NCBI RefSeq assembly: GCF_001194135.2
Contig: NC_068981.1
Span: 14,156,536 to 14,198,477 of the forward strand
From: Octopus bimaculoides
Lineage: Eukaryota
Direction of reading: 5' to 3'
Length of the DNA stretch: 41,942 nt
This document shows positions 11,701 through 24,536 of this stretch, one piece after another. Positions within the stretch are counted from its first letter, which is position 1, and each line of letters opens with the position of its first letter. The position numbers and the translations under genes are program-made. The notes under the pieces are model-generated. The model made no database searches and was not told the DNA's origin. It saw only the letters and a program-made list of their open reading frames with translations.

Positions 11701-11919
11701 AGTAGTAAGATTTGTTTATTTATAACTGAAACATGGACAGTGTGATGCACTACTTCTCTACCTATACAACAGTAACACAAATTCCCTCTAGCACCCCGTT
11801 TTTCTTTCAATGACGTTATTCTACGTTGCCTAACATTTTCATGTACTTTATTAATTTAATCCACAACTTTTTGATAGCATGAGATACCACCATGAACAAT
11901 ACATGCATCACACACGCAC

Positions 11920-11928
11920 GCACACGCA

Positions 11929-11994
<66 letters not shown>

Positions 11995-12163
11995 NNNNNN
12001 NNNNNNNNNNNNNNNNNNNNNNNNNNNNNNNNNNNNNNNNNNNNNNNNNNNNNNNNNNNNNNNNNNNNNNNNNNNNNNNNNNNNNNNNNNNNNNNNNNNN
12101 NTATATATATATATATATATTATATATATATGTGTGTATGTGTGTATTGTGTGTGTAGTAGAT

Positions 12164-12211
<48 letters not shown>
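11920..12211. repeat. (CA)n, gap 11995-12101, (TA)n and (GA)n
   Basis: Direct inspection. Confidence 0.97.
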
Positions 12212-12215
<4 letters not shown>

Positions 12216-12574
12216 GAGAGAGTCTCAATTTCCATGTGTTACGAATAATTAATTAATAGAACATAACATTGAATGTAAGGTAAAATATATATAATATTTA
12301 GTATAGTTTTATACCCTACAAAAATAATATTTCATAAAAATTCAATAAAAGGGAAATAAAACATTATTGAAGAAATAATAAAGAAAAAACTTCATGCTCA
12401 ATATTTTATTCTAATTTATTTTTTAATTAACTTTCGCCCAGCTCCGGATTCTATGCATTCTATAGAGACATCGTGATATTAAACTACGTTGAGGCGAAAT
12501 CAAATTTATCATGAAAATAACGTACAATTAAATATTATACTGTAGATGTCCACATACACACTTACACATACATG

Positions 12575-12693
12575 TCAGCTGTGAGAGTGTGTGTGCGTGT
12601 ATGAGAGCGAGAAGGAGAGAGAGAGAGAGAGAGGTGGAAGGAGTGGAAATATAAACATGAAACATACGGATATACATGTATATGCACACACAC

Positions 12694-12755
<62 letters not shown>

Positions 12756-12793
12756 CTATGTGTGTGTGTGTGCGCGTTGCAACACAGATTTTC

Positions 12794-12828
<35 letters not shown>

Positions 12829-12921
12829 CATGCATAAATATATATGTACACATACATATATACATACGTGTGTGCACATATGCACAAACGTATGTATGTC
12901 TCTGTGTGTGCGTGCGCGCGC
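12575..12921. repeat. Compound TG/GA/TA microsatellite region
   Basis: Direct inspection. Confidence 0.9.
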
Positions 12922-13602
12922 AATGAAGTGCATATTTTAACCGTTAAGAGATAGTGAAGCGTCGGCAGTTGCTTGTTATAAGAAGTTTAAACCAATCAAG
13001 CGTTGCACGAGAAATATCTATGAAGAATTAATTTACCCATAAATGTTTGCTGCGTTAAACATGCGCGAATTTATCTTTTTTTTTTTTTTTTTTTTTTTTT
13101 TCTGAAACATAATTCTAGAATACGATGGGTTTCCGATATACATATGTGACTTTCAATAAGTCGAGAGTTTCAAAAACTTAATTAAATTTGATATATTTTT
13201 CTCTCTATAGGCTTATAAATTATATTGCCTGTGGCGTGCATCATATGATTGTATTGAGCTGTTATCAAAAATATAGTCTACTATATATTTACTTCAACAA
13301 TGGAAATTTTACATACTCACACACAAGTGTAACTATATGTGTGTGTGTGACTGTGTGTGTGTGTATTTTTGTGTGTGTGTGTGTATATTTTGTGTGTAGG
13401 CGTGTGGGCAGTTTTATGCGTAGGTGTGTGTATGTGTGTGTTGTCTTGTTATCCGGCAATACAACGTTTTGTAGTTAACAATGTTTTGTAGTTGTTCGTT
13501 TAACATAGTGAAGGAAAGACAACTCGGCTTATCACGTGATATGTGACATCACTAGTGACTTCTTTCTTGCCTTAAAACATAAAATAATAGTAATGGTTTA
13601 CT

Positions 13603-13815
13603 ATTCTTTTACTGTTTTACTTGTTTCAGTCATTTGACTGTGGCCATGCTGGAGCACCACATTTCATCGAGCAAGTCGACCCCAAGACTTATTCTGTGGA
13701 AGCGTAGTACTTATTATATCGGTGTCTTTTGCCGAACCGCTAGTTTACAGGGACGTAAACACTCAGCATCGGTTGTCAAGCGATGTTGGGGGAGGGGACA
13801 CACACAGACACACAA

Positions 13816-13892
<77 letters not shown>

Positions 13893-14080
13893 CATATAAT
13901 ATACATACATATATACGACGGGCTTCTTTCAGTTTCGGTCTACCAAATCCACTCACAAGACTTTGGTCGATCCGAGGCTATAGTAGAAGACACTTGCCCA
14001 AGGTGCCACGCAGTGGGACTGAACCCGGAACCATGTGGTTGGTAAGCAAGCTACTTACCCCCACAACCACTCCTCCGCCT
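13603..14080 (-). mobile_element. SINE family A, full length
   Basis: Complete from the CTTTTAC-type tail to the tRNA-like head; on the minus strand it reads AGGCGGAGGAGTGG...GGTTCCGGGTTCAGTCC. Confidence 0.96.
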
Positions 14081-15528
14081 ATGTGTAGAAATACAAAATT
14101 TTTCTGGCATTTTCATTTTCAGCTATGAGGTTTTTAGTCACACATAAATTATCAACTTTTGTGTTATTACAGAATTGTATATCTTTAAACCAGATACATC
14201 AAGTGATGTCGGTGAAGGCCAACTTCCTTCTGGAAGGGAATGTTTCGTGAGCGGTATAATATTTTCATTGCTTTCTATTTATATGATATATATTTCTACT
14301 CCAGAATAGAGAGTATAACAAAACGCCTATAAGAAATTCTATAATACCACGATTTCAACATACAGTTTGTGAAAATTATAAACTCAGCTGCATACGAAGA
14401 CACAACTGCATTGTAAGGTCAAATGCATCCACTATTATTTCACAAAATAGGTTTACACAGCTACACCAATATGTAGGCTAAATTAATCTTGTCTTGTTTT
14501 GTTAGTAACAAATTATAGACGCTTAAGAAGAAAAAAAAAAGCCGTCACAAAACCAAATAGACGTAAAACAATCTAACTTATGTTGGGAATAAGTCCAAGC
14601 AAATCAAGTCCAGGGACTCATCAGCTTTAGTATCAGAGACTTATAGTCATTCATTACGAAAGATCTCTTTCAAAGAACCATGCAGTCCGCTTATAAAGTG
14701 CACGATGATAACACAGAGCAAAATGAAAACTATTACATATTGCAATATTAACAAAATGAATGGTGACAAAATAAATAACTGAATAAATAAATACATAAAT
14801 AAATAAATACATAAATAAATATAGAGAAGAGTTTTATGTTGCATCCTAAATCATCATACGGCAATAACAAACAGAAAGACATCTGCCATTTGCTTTTCGG
14901 ATAGCAGAACACCGGTGACGTCATATTATGTGAGAGGATGCCATTAGGTGCTATTTATTCAACAAATACGACGATCGCCTGTGTGAGGCACTAGAATGAA
15001 TTCATGGTGCAAAAGTAATAATAAGCTATGCATATTAAACACTTCGAGATTCTCTACGTGTGTGTATTGAGCAAATTATCGCTTAAGTGCAAATGCACTC
15101 ATTCACAAACACACGCATAAAGTTTCCCATTTCTCCCACTCATATCTCACTCTTTCCATTTGAGTTTATTGCTCGTATTTTATTTAGCGAAATGTATTAA
15201 GTATAAACTGACAGATCTCATTAAATATTTGTTGCAAGAAAATCACTCAAACCTCTCGTTCTATTTCACTGCGATTTCAGTTTGCTATGTTGCATCTTTT
15301 TCCAACCATACAGCTTTCATTTCTGATAAATATTCTTGAAAGATATTGTGGCAATATAACGAAGACATTTTTGAGCAAGTGTTGTACCTTCACATACTGA
15401 GATATATGCTTTCTCAAGGCTGAAGGAAACACAAAAAATATACATACACACATTTCTGAGTGCAAATATACATGTAGTAATATGCATGTTTATATGCATA
15501 CATACATACGTGAAAACTCTGACACGCA

Positions 15529-15586
<58 letters not shown>

Positions 15587-15686
15587 CCGAATAAGTGTCA
15601 CATATTTTTACAGATATTTTATGATTGACCGTTGACTGGACACTATTCAATTTTTTTTCTCCGTGTTTTTCTCCTTGTCTCCGTAT

Positions 15687-15723
15687 TCTTTCTGTTGAAG
15701 AGCGTAGCTCGAAACGTCAAACA
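15687..15723 (+). ncRNA. Minimal hammerhead-like motif with CUGUUGA core variant
   Basis: TTT-CTGTTGA(15692-98)-A-GAGC-GTA-GCTC-GAAA-C-GTC-AAA. Perfect 4-bp stem II, ACGT palindromic stem III, GUC triplet, 3-bp stem I. Confidence 0.55.
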
Positions 15724-16723
15724 CTTTCCGTATTCCCGAGCGTCATACTAATACATCCTTTTGTTATTTACACCACTTGTCCTCGTCCGTTGTTGTTTTT
15801 TCGTATATTCTCCCATATATATATATGTATATAGATATATAAAGAAAGAGAGTGGAGGTATATGTGCGTTCCTCTCTGCGTGTGTGCGTGTTTGTGCGTG
15901 TGTGCGCGTGCGTGTGTGCGTGTGTGTGTGCGCGTGCGTATATAAATAGATAGTTAGGTAGATAGATACAGAGATAGATAACTACATACAAGCATATATT
16001 TAATCCTTTTCTCATAGTATATTCGTATATATTGTTTGAAACCAGTAGACAACACGATAAAAGGTGCCCTATTTTAGTGGCGTCAATAATGAAAAGAAAG
16101 GAGACTGTATTGGTATATTACTATATTCAGTTATGTACTATGTATCACTTTAGTCTCCACCATCATAAAATAAGTTTTCTTCGTTGAAAACTCAATCTAA
16201 GTATAATTATACAAAAAGTAATTATTCTGTTATAGAGAATATCATGTTAGTTATCTTGGTTGGAAAAAAATCAGCAAATATTGTATTACCTAAGACAGTT
16301 TACACTGAGTATGAAAACAGTTCACATGAGATAAAGTGTTTCTTGATTCGATTGTTATTTTATCATATTTGTGTTTTCGGTGTTACCTTGTTTTAAGTAT
16401 ATAGTTTACGTTACACTATTAATATATCAAGATTTTGATAACACCCTCTTACGGAAACGGAAAACATGTTCTGCCTCTGGTTTATGCTAAATGTTTAATT
16501 CAGCGTCACGCATTTCCATGTCATTCGTGTAAAGAATAATTATGTCAATATTGACAGATTATATAACAACTGATAATCGTTTGATAGAGGCAAAAGGAAT
16601 GGCTCTCTTCGTAACCGGAAGCGCAATACCAAAATATCATGTTAAACAAGATGTAGCAAAGAGGTTTTAAGGTATTTCAATGTGTTGCTTGCAAATCCAT
16701 TCCCACGAAATTCTATCTCAATA

Positions 16724-16757
<34 letters not shown>

Positions 16758-16915
16758 CATATGCATACTCACGTGTTTTTGTTTGTGTTTGTGTGTGTGT
16801 GAGTGTGTGCATGAGTGCCTGTGCGTGTGTGTTTGTATGTGTGTGTGTGTTTAGATGAATATCTGTGGACAAATATCTAAATAAACAAATAAAACTGCTT
16901 TGAATTCGATATACA

Positions 16916-16946
<31 letters not shown>

Positions 16947-17532
16947 NNNNNNNNNNNNNNNNNNNNNNNNNNNNNNNNNNNNNNNNNNNNNNNNNNNNNN
17001 NNNNNNNNNNNNNNNNNNNNNNNNNNNNNNNNNNNNNNNNNNNNNNNNNNNNNNNNNNNNNNNNNNNNNNNNNNNNNNNNNNNNNNNNNNNNNNNNNNNN
17101 NNNNNNNNNNNNNNNNNNNNNNNNNNNNNNNNNNNNNNNNNNNNNNNNNNNNNNNNNNNNNNNNNNNNNNNNNNNNNNNNNNNNNNNNNNNNNNNNNNNN
17201 NNNNNNNNNNNNNNNNNNNNNNNNNNNNNNNNNNNNNNNNNNNNNNNNNNNNNNNNNNNNNNNNNNNNNNNNNNNNNNNNNNNNNNNNNNNNNNNNNNNN
17301 NNNNNNNNNNNNNNNNNNNNNNNNNNNNNNNNNNNNNNNNNNNNNNNNNNNNNNNNNNNNNNNNNNNNNNNNNNNNNNNNNNNNNNNNNNNNNNNNNNNN
17401 NNNNNNNNNNNNNNNNNNNNNNNNNNNNNNNNNNNNNNNNNNNNNNNNNNNNNNNNNNNNNNNNNNNNNNNNNNNNNNNNNNNNNNNNNNNNNNNNNNNN
17501 NNNNNNNNNNNNNNNNNNNNNNNNNNNNNNNN
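16947..17532. other. Assembly gap
   Basis: N run flanked by (TA)n. Confidence 1.
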
Positions 17533-17614
<82 letters not shown>

Positions 17615-17615
<1 letters not shown>

Positions 17616-17760
17616 GGCGCAGTAGTGGCTGTGTTGTAAGAAGCTTGCTTCCCAACTACATTGGTTCTGGGTTCAGTCCCACTGCGTGGCATCTTCGGCA
17701 GGTGTTTTCTACTTCTAGCCTCGGGGCGACCTAAGCCTTGTGAGTGAAAATTGCCCGTCG
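17615..17760 (+). mobile_element. SINE family A, 5' half
   Basis: AGGCGCAGTAGTGGCTGTG head, GGGTTCAGTCCCACTGCGTGGCA block; ends in a microsatellite. Confidence 0.92.
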
Positions 17761-19231
17761 AAGGTATATATGTCTCTCTCTCTATATATATATGTGTGTG
17801 TGTGTCTGTGTGTGTGTGTGCGTGTGTGTATGTGTGTGTATCTGTATATATGTTTATATGTATAGTGAGTTTGATTCCTGTAACAGACGCTGCGTTCTAT
17901 GTTTACACATGACCACATCATTCCGATTGTTCCGGGCTCTTCAGCTGAAACAGAGTACTGGCCGATTTGGTAGAACCGGACCAGATGGACTGGGTATGTT
18001 TGACTGCTTGCAAGCATATAGGAACCCGAACCTATCTGCGAGAGTGTTGTACAAACCACCAGGTCATACTCGCTTTGGATTCACAGCAATGTAGTTATCT
18101 TGTTGTCATTATTTGGTGCTATCATTGTTTATATCTCTACAAACGTTATCGTCCATTATATCAATATAACCATGTATCACTTATGATCCATTTTCGTTCA
18201 TATCTATATTTCTTCAGAGATAACACAATTACATTGAGAACTGTAAATACATTATTAAAAAAATATGAATATATAAGTGGAAAAGTGAGAGGGGTGGAAA
18301 TCGAATGAAAATGCTATAATCTTTTCTAAAATCTGATGTATATCTTTCCAGATAGTGTGGTGTGAGTGTTGCTCTTACGTATTTCTGTGTGAGTAAGTAC
18401 ACACATAAACACACATACTCACTTAGACACACACACACAGACACACAAACACACACACACACACGCACACACACACTCACAAAGTACATATACATATTTA
18501 CAAAAATATTCTGTTTGCTTTTATATCAGAATCCTCAATCAACATATATTTGATATAATATTCTATCAGAAGACTCTTGAAAATACATTTTTCATATATT
18601 TATTGCTTTCTATTCAATGCTTTCTTGTTTTCACACTTGCCTCCTTAGAATTACATCATTTAAGTAGTAGCCATATGAATCACTCAAAAGCCTAAATCTG
18701 ATAATATTTTGTCTATTTATATATACTTGAGAGTTAGGATGTAATGTAGCATTAATATTAATTTTCACGTTATGACGCTATATCACTATGCCAACTGGCT
18801 TTCTCAATTTTACTTAACTCTATTCCACGCCAACTACAGTAAAACAGTTGAATAACTCACCTTTCTTACTGCACATTTACCTTATTTTAAAAATCTCTAA
18901 GCTTACATAGTAGTACTACTGTACGTCTTCGAACGAAATAATCATACATGCATATACACGCAATTGCTCGAAATGAGGAGTAAAATAACAGCCAACAACT
19001 GATGAAGGGTCATTTTTTATGTTACTTGCCTTGTTTTCCATGTGTTTCTCTCGTTCTCTGCGTACATAACTTTATCTTTTTATTTCATGTTGTTTACGTT
19101 TTATGACGTCCTGTACCCATACATGCGTACTTGTATACATATATATATATGTATATAATCATATATATGTGTAATATTATTTGTATTATTATTTGATTGA
19201 ACGCCACGCATCCATTTCCAAGTACGTTTAT

Positions 19232-19265
<34 letters not shown>

Positions 19266-19662
19266 NNNNNNNNNNNNNNNNNNNNNNNNNNNNNNNNNNN
19301 NNNNNNNNNNNNNNNNNNNNNNNNNNNNNNNNNNNNNNNNNNNNNNNNNNNNNNNNNNNNNNNNNNNNNNNNNNNNNNNNNNNNNNNNNNNNNNNNNNNN
19401 NNNNNNNNNNNNNNNNNNNNNNNNNNNNNNNNNNNNNNNNNNNNNNNNNNNNNNNNNNNNNNNNNNNNNNNNNNNNNNNNNNNNNNNNNNNNNNNNNNNN
19501 NNNNNNNNNNNNNNNNNNNNNNNNNNNNNNNNNNNNNNNNNNNNNNNNNNNNNNNNNNNNNNNNNNNNNNNNNNNNNNNNNNNNNNNNNNNNNNNNNNNN
19601 NNNNNNNNNNNNNNNNNNNNNNNNNNNNNNNNNNNNNNNNNNNNNNNNNNNNNNNNNNNNNN
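19266..19662. other. Assembly gap
   Basis: N run after (TA)n. Confidence 1.
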
Positions 19663-20329
19663 ATATGCATATATTTATACATAAATAAACACGGTGTTGG
19701 CAACTCTAGTTCGAGCAATACTCTAGCTTGAGTCTTCCTTTAAACATGAGCAACAGAGCTCTGCTATTCCGCCCAGTTACGAACCTACACTCTTTTATAC
19801 TAATATGACAACGATGTGTGCTTCATGCAACAGTCAGTTAGTATACAAACCATGCTGAAAATTTCCTGTATCCCATTCTGGAATTCTTGTGTGTTTTGCC
19901 TCTCTTAAGTTTTGCCAGCCATAATATGCATGAGATAGAAATACTCTTACATGAAAAATTTTAAGAGCGAGGAATATCTTTGCCCAGGATTAATGTCACT
20001 CTCAAAACGACGTCAGCATTTGCCAACATTGAACTGGTCTACATCATTCGATATTAAAGAAGTCGTGTGTGTTTATGTGTGTAGGTGTGAGCGTACGTGT
20101 GCGTTTAACAAACTTTTCTTTCTTATAGAGAGACGACTAAACCCACGAATTGGTCTCTCACTCCTGCCTGTTGGACAGCCGCTGAATCTATTGAAATCAT
20201 TCGCGTTGTTTCGACTGGTTCTGTTTTTCGTTTGTTCATAACAAGCTTTCACGGTATGGTTGACGTTGTCGCTAACAAACCAACCATGCAACAGAGGGGC
20301 TACACTCATGACAACACATACATACAGCA

Positions 20330-20774
20330 CACACACACGCACACACGAACACACTCGCACACAAACACATACGCGCACGCACACACATACATATATATAT
20401 AGTCAGATACCTAAATACAATATACATATTCATACACGCGCGCGCTCGCGCGCATACACACACACACTCGCACATACACATATATTAAGCCAAATAAATA
20501 CAATATACATATATATACACACATACACACAAACACACACGCACGAAAACACACACACACATATATATATATCCAGCCACCTAAAAACAATATGTATATA
20601 TGTACACACGCACACAAACACAAACACACACACGTACGCTCACACCCACACACATAAGCACACACGCACGCACACACACACACACACGCATATATATCCA
20701 GCCTCCTAAATACAATATACAAATATTTACACACACACACTCACACACACACACACACACATAAACACACACAT

Positions 20775-20818
<44 letters not shown>
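20330..20818. repeat. Higher-order array: four ~30-bp units separated by (CA)-rich tracts
   Basis: Units resembling CAGCC(A/T)CCTAAA(T/A)ACAATAT at about 20401, 20481, 20571 and 20696. Confidence 0.8.
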
Positions 20819-20820
<2 letters not shown>

Positions 20821-20898
20821 AGTTGAAATTTACAACAAAAAAATACGAAGACAGGTGTAGAACATTGTGGATTTTGCGGTATATGCACATATAGAGAA

Positions 20899-21073
<175 letters not shown>

Positions 21074-21855
21074 CGACTGTGAGAGCAATACTGAAAATAA
21101 GAAACAAAACTAATTAGATATCCGATTTAATGTCCTAAATTATGTAACAGCGTCTCCGTACATTGTAAGTTACAATCATCCTAATATCAATTTGGAATGC
21201 CATTACTCCAGAAACAATCGAAAGCAGACACGAACGCCTTGGACGAGTGTGAATCCAATCGATATATATATATGTATGTATGTATGTATGTAAGGATGCA
21301 TGTATGTATGTGTATATTCTACAAATTTGCAGCCTTAAGGCGATATGAGAAATCAAATTTTAAATGAAGAACTGGTTTGCTGCAGAATATGCCTAAGGTC
21401 AAGCATTCCCGTATTGTTTTGCAGCAAGTTATAATACGTTTAACATTCTAAATCTGGTGAGACTTAAGCATTAATTTTTAACTATATAACAAAATATTGT
21501 GTTAACCGGAGAAATATGATCACAAATGCTCATCCATAAACTTATCACTTAAAACTGAAATTTGTATGGTCTTTACTCAAAAGCATGTATAATTGTAGGC
21601 CAGTGTACCTATCACGCGCCCATAAATGCATGTATTTATATACATACATACATACATACATACACACATATATATATATATATACACACACGTACATACA
21701 TACATTTATGTGTGTGTGTGTGCGTGTGTGTTAATGATATATGTAATTAAAAATGGAAGGGAACATAAAAGGATTCTTGGAGCATGTAAGGTAGAGTTAA
21801 CAGCGCGTAAATTTTGGGTTAAAACTCTTTTGGAAGTATATATGAATATATAGAG

Positions 21856-22018
21856 AGGTGTAGGCGTGACTGTCTAGTAAGAGGGTTGCTTTCCAGCCAT
21901 ACGTTTCCGGGTTCAGTCCCACTGCGTAGCACTTTGGGCAAGTGTCTTCTACTATAGCCTCGGGGCGACCAAAGCTTTGTGAGTGGATTTGTTAGAATGG
22001 AAACTGAAAGAAGCTCGT

Positions 22019-22093
<75 letters not shown>

Positions 22094-22310
22094 AATTGTG
22101 TGTCTGTGTTTGTCCCCCCACTATCGCTTTACTACTAATGTTGGTGTGTTTACGTCCCCGTAACCTAGCGGTTCGGCAAAATAGACGATAGGATAAGTAC
22201 TAGGCTTTAAACGGATAAGTCAAGTGGTCGATTTGTTAGTCTAAAGGAGGTGCTCCAGCATGACCGCAGTCAAAGGACTGAAGAGTGAAAGAATAAAAGA
22301 ATTAAAGAAT
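21856..22310 (+). mobile_element. SINE family A, full length
   Basis: All family blocks in plus orientation, ending in an AAAGAAT-type tail. Confidence 0.95.
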
Positions 22311-22447
22311 ATGTATATATATATATACATACACACACACACGCACACACAAACACACACACACATATATATATATTACATAAACACAGCGTTTGCTTTA
22401 CCTCTTCGTGGGGAGTAGTGGATTAGGCCACCAGAGAAAGATATATT

Positions 22448-22640
22448 ATATTTCTTTATTGCCCGCAGTGGTGCTAAACATATAGGGGACAAACAAGGAC
22501 AGACAAAGGGATTATGTCGATTATATCGACCATGAAATGATGAAAGGCAAAGTCTACCTCGGCGGAATTTGAACTCAGAACGTAACGCCAGACGAAATAT
22601 CGCTAAGCATTTCGCCCGGCGTGCTAACGATTGTGCCAGA
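22448..22640 (-). mobile_element. SINE family B, internally deleted
   Basis: GGCAAAGTCTACCTCGGCGGAATTTGAACTCAGAACGTA...CGCTAAGCATTTCGCCCGGCGTGCTAACGA is the reverse complement of the 11261 head. Confidence 0.93.
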
Positions 22641-22821
22641 GAAAGATATACTTACAAGTATGTAGTGTTTTCTGCATAAACTAGAGAAATTTTAATGTTT
22701 TTATTTTTTACAGGAAGAGTGTGATCTATTCTTGAACAGTTAGCGGCGTTGGAGACCATAAAGATTAAAGCTGTAGTTGATAAAACGTTATGTGATGTCG
22801 AGGACTGTAAGCCATCTGAAT

Positions 22822-23112
22822 TACGGGTTTCAAATTTCGACACAAGGCCAGCAATTTCGGGGTTGGGTCTAAGTAGATAAGTCCGACTCTAGTGCTCAAA
22901 TGATACTTACTATCATTCGATTATTGAACGGTTACTTATTCCACGATCGATTACATTGCCTTCAGTGATAAACTGGTAATTATCTTATCGACCCCAAAAG
23001 AACGAACGGCAAAGTCGACCTCAGTGGAATTTAAACTTAGAACGTAAAGACCGACGAAATGCCCCTAAGTATTTTCTCTGACGTGTTAACGATTCTGGCA
23101 GCCCAAAGCCTT
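22822..23112 (-). mobile_element. SINE family B, diverged, with internal insertion/duplication
   Basis: ATCGACCCC...GGCAAAGTCGACCTC...AACGATTCTG blocks. Confidence 0.85.
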
Positions 23113-23144
23113 AAGACATCTGAATAATAGAAAAGAATTACCTG

Positions 23145-23789
23145 ATGAATCGCGTCAAGTATAAAAATGACGTCATCGTGACTGCTGCTAAATGCACTGT
23201 GAAAGTGTAAAAGTCGTAAGACGTTACAGACCTCTTACAGACTGCTCCATCGGAGACTACGAATCGTGGCTAGCAAGAAGTGACACAGCTGGCGTTGTGA
23301 TCACGTCCGTACGCCAACAATTTTTTTCACAAGGCCTTAGACTCAATTCAGATGACTACGTGGGGCTGGTAGAGACTAGTCACACCAAGCCGAGAGATGG
23401 GTTGCTGTTGGAAGTCCGTATGTGTGATAGCAGGATTCGGCTCCTTGTCATACCTCCAGAGAGAGTTACAAGTGGTTGTCAGAGAGTTTCTATAACTTCA
23501 CTAACCTCACTTTCTAGTTTCTTATGTAATCCGATTATAATCTTATGGATCACTTAGTGTAGAGTAGGGCACCGTTCGCTCTGCCTGCAACATCAAGGCC
23601 AAGATGGAAAATCATCCCAGGAATGCAGTTAGGAACGCATGTACTAGGCTGGCTACTTTGAGTAAACTGTTATCCCCAACCATCCCCTGATTTATAGTTT
23701 TTGATTATTTAAAATACTTTATTTTTGGATGGGAGATTGTATTTTCTTTCCTTTCTAGGCAAATTGTCAAATTTAGCCCGAACACGCTG
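23145..23789 (+). mobile_element. Decayed Tc1/mariner-superfamily DNA transposon, DD37D (maT)-type, internally deleted
   Basis: Frameshifted pieces FFSQGLRLNSDDYVGLVET / VAVGSPYV**QDSAPCHTSRESYKWLSESFYNFTNLTF*FLM*SDYNLMD / ACNIKA..AVRNACTR / GYFE* (stop 23663-65). The D at 23434 and the D at 23548 are separated by 37 residues. A putative right TIR ends ...AACACGCTG followed by TA at 23790-91. No left TIR was found. Confidence 0.82.
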
Positions 23790-24203
23790 TAAGTATGATA
23801 ATGCATTGCAAATTTTTAAAACTCAAATATTCATGATGCCGATTACAATCTAATCGGCAATATCCATACTAAATTTCTCAACACCAATCTACCTCTCACT
23901 TCAGCCCATTTATATCCTTGGGCATTTTGATTTTGTTTCTACAATTCTGGAAATAGTTTGCTTTTGGTTAATGCAACTCCTTTAATCATTAGTCACGGAA
24001 GTGATCAAATCAACATATTTAGATAAGATATGAATTCTGATTTTGCTTCGTAACAAAACAACAATTAGAATGTGAACAGTTATGAATATGTGAAAGTTTG
24101 ACAGACATTCTATTTGAGGAGATGCAGTACGTTATTATTACGCCTAGGGTTTTCTCTTATTTTGTATTTACTATTTTTTATTACACATTTATTGTTTTAA
24201 AAT

Positions 24204-24536
24204 ATGCTTTTCTGGCAAATTTCAGACCTCTGATCGTTGACAACGCGGATATACCACTTTAGTACCAGTTGCTACTGTGTACTACCTGCATCAATGTCAG
24301 TGCTACCAGCCAACCAACTCCATGAGCAGGCCCGCCATTTACCAATCTCCAACGTTTACCATCCTCCAGCGCATACAAATTCCCAATACTTACGAATTCC
24401 CTACGCTTATCAATCCCCAACGCTTGTTTTGCAAGTGTTTAAGTGCAGGCGCATGCGTCTGTGCAGGCGCATGCGTCTGTGCAGGCACACTGGTATACAT
24501 GCGTACATGCATGCGAATATACATATGCACATAGGA
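24204..24536 (+). mobile_element. Penelope-like element fragment (ORF tail plus 3' region), inverted copy of 40010-40324
   Basis: 7 substitutions in 315 aligned nt plus one 18-bp tandem duplication relative to the 40 kb copy. Confidence 0.85.

Noticed and set aside
14194-14253. Candidate symmetric 60-nt exon (DTSSDVGEGQLPSGRECFVS)
   Set aside because: Weak donor, unrecognised peptide and no compatible partner exon.
14608-14624. Minus-strand CTGATGAGTCCCTGGAC, resembling a canonical hammerhead stem II
   Set aside because: Followed by TTGA rather than GAAA; no stem I or III.
17887-17993. Candidate exon in a GC-richer patch; the minus frame has SEYDLVVC, faintly SLC22-like
   Set aside because: The similarity does not extend, there are no usable splice sites for that frame, and the plus-strand peptide is unrecognised.
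18999-19030. CTGATGAAGGG motif
   Set aside because: No closing stem II or GAAA; it may be a decayed repeat but cannot be supported from this window.
20129-20253. Candidate exon (ETTKPTNWSLTPACWTAAESIEIIRVVSTGSVFRLFITSFH)
   Set aside because: AG/GT boundaries are plausible, but there is no domain match and its phase is incompatible with the neighbouring candidate.
20330-20818. CRISPR-like array
   Set aside because: Eukaryotic context, simple-repeat spacers, diverged units and no cas genes.
23192-23557. 121-aa ORF as an intact gene
   Set aside because: Only about 19 residues match the transposase frame; the rest is out of frame.
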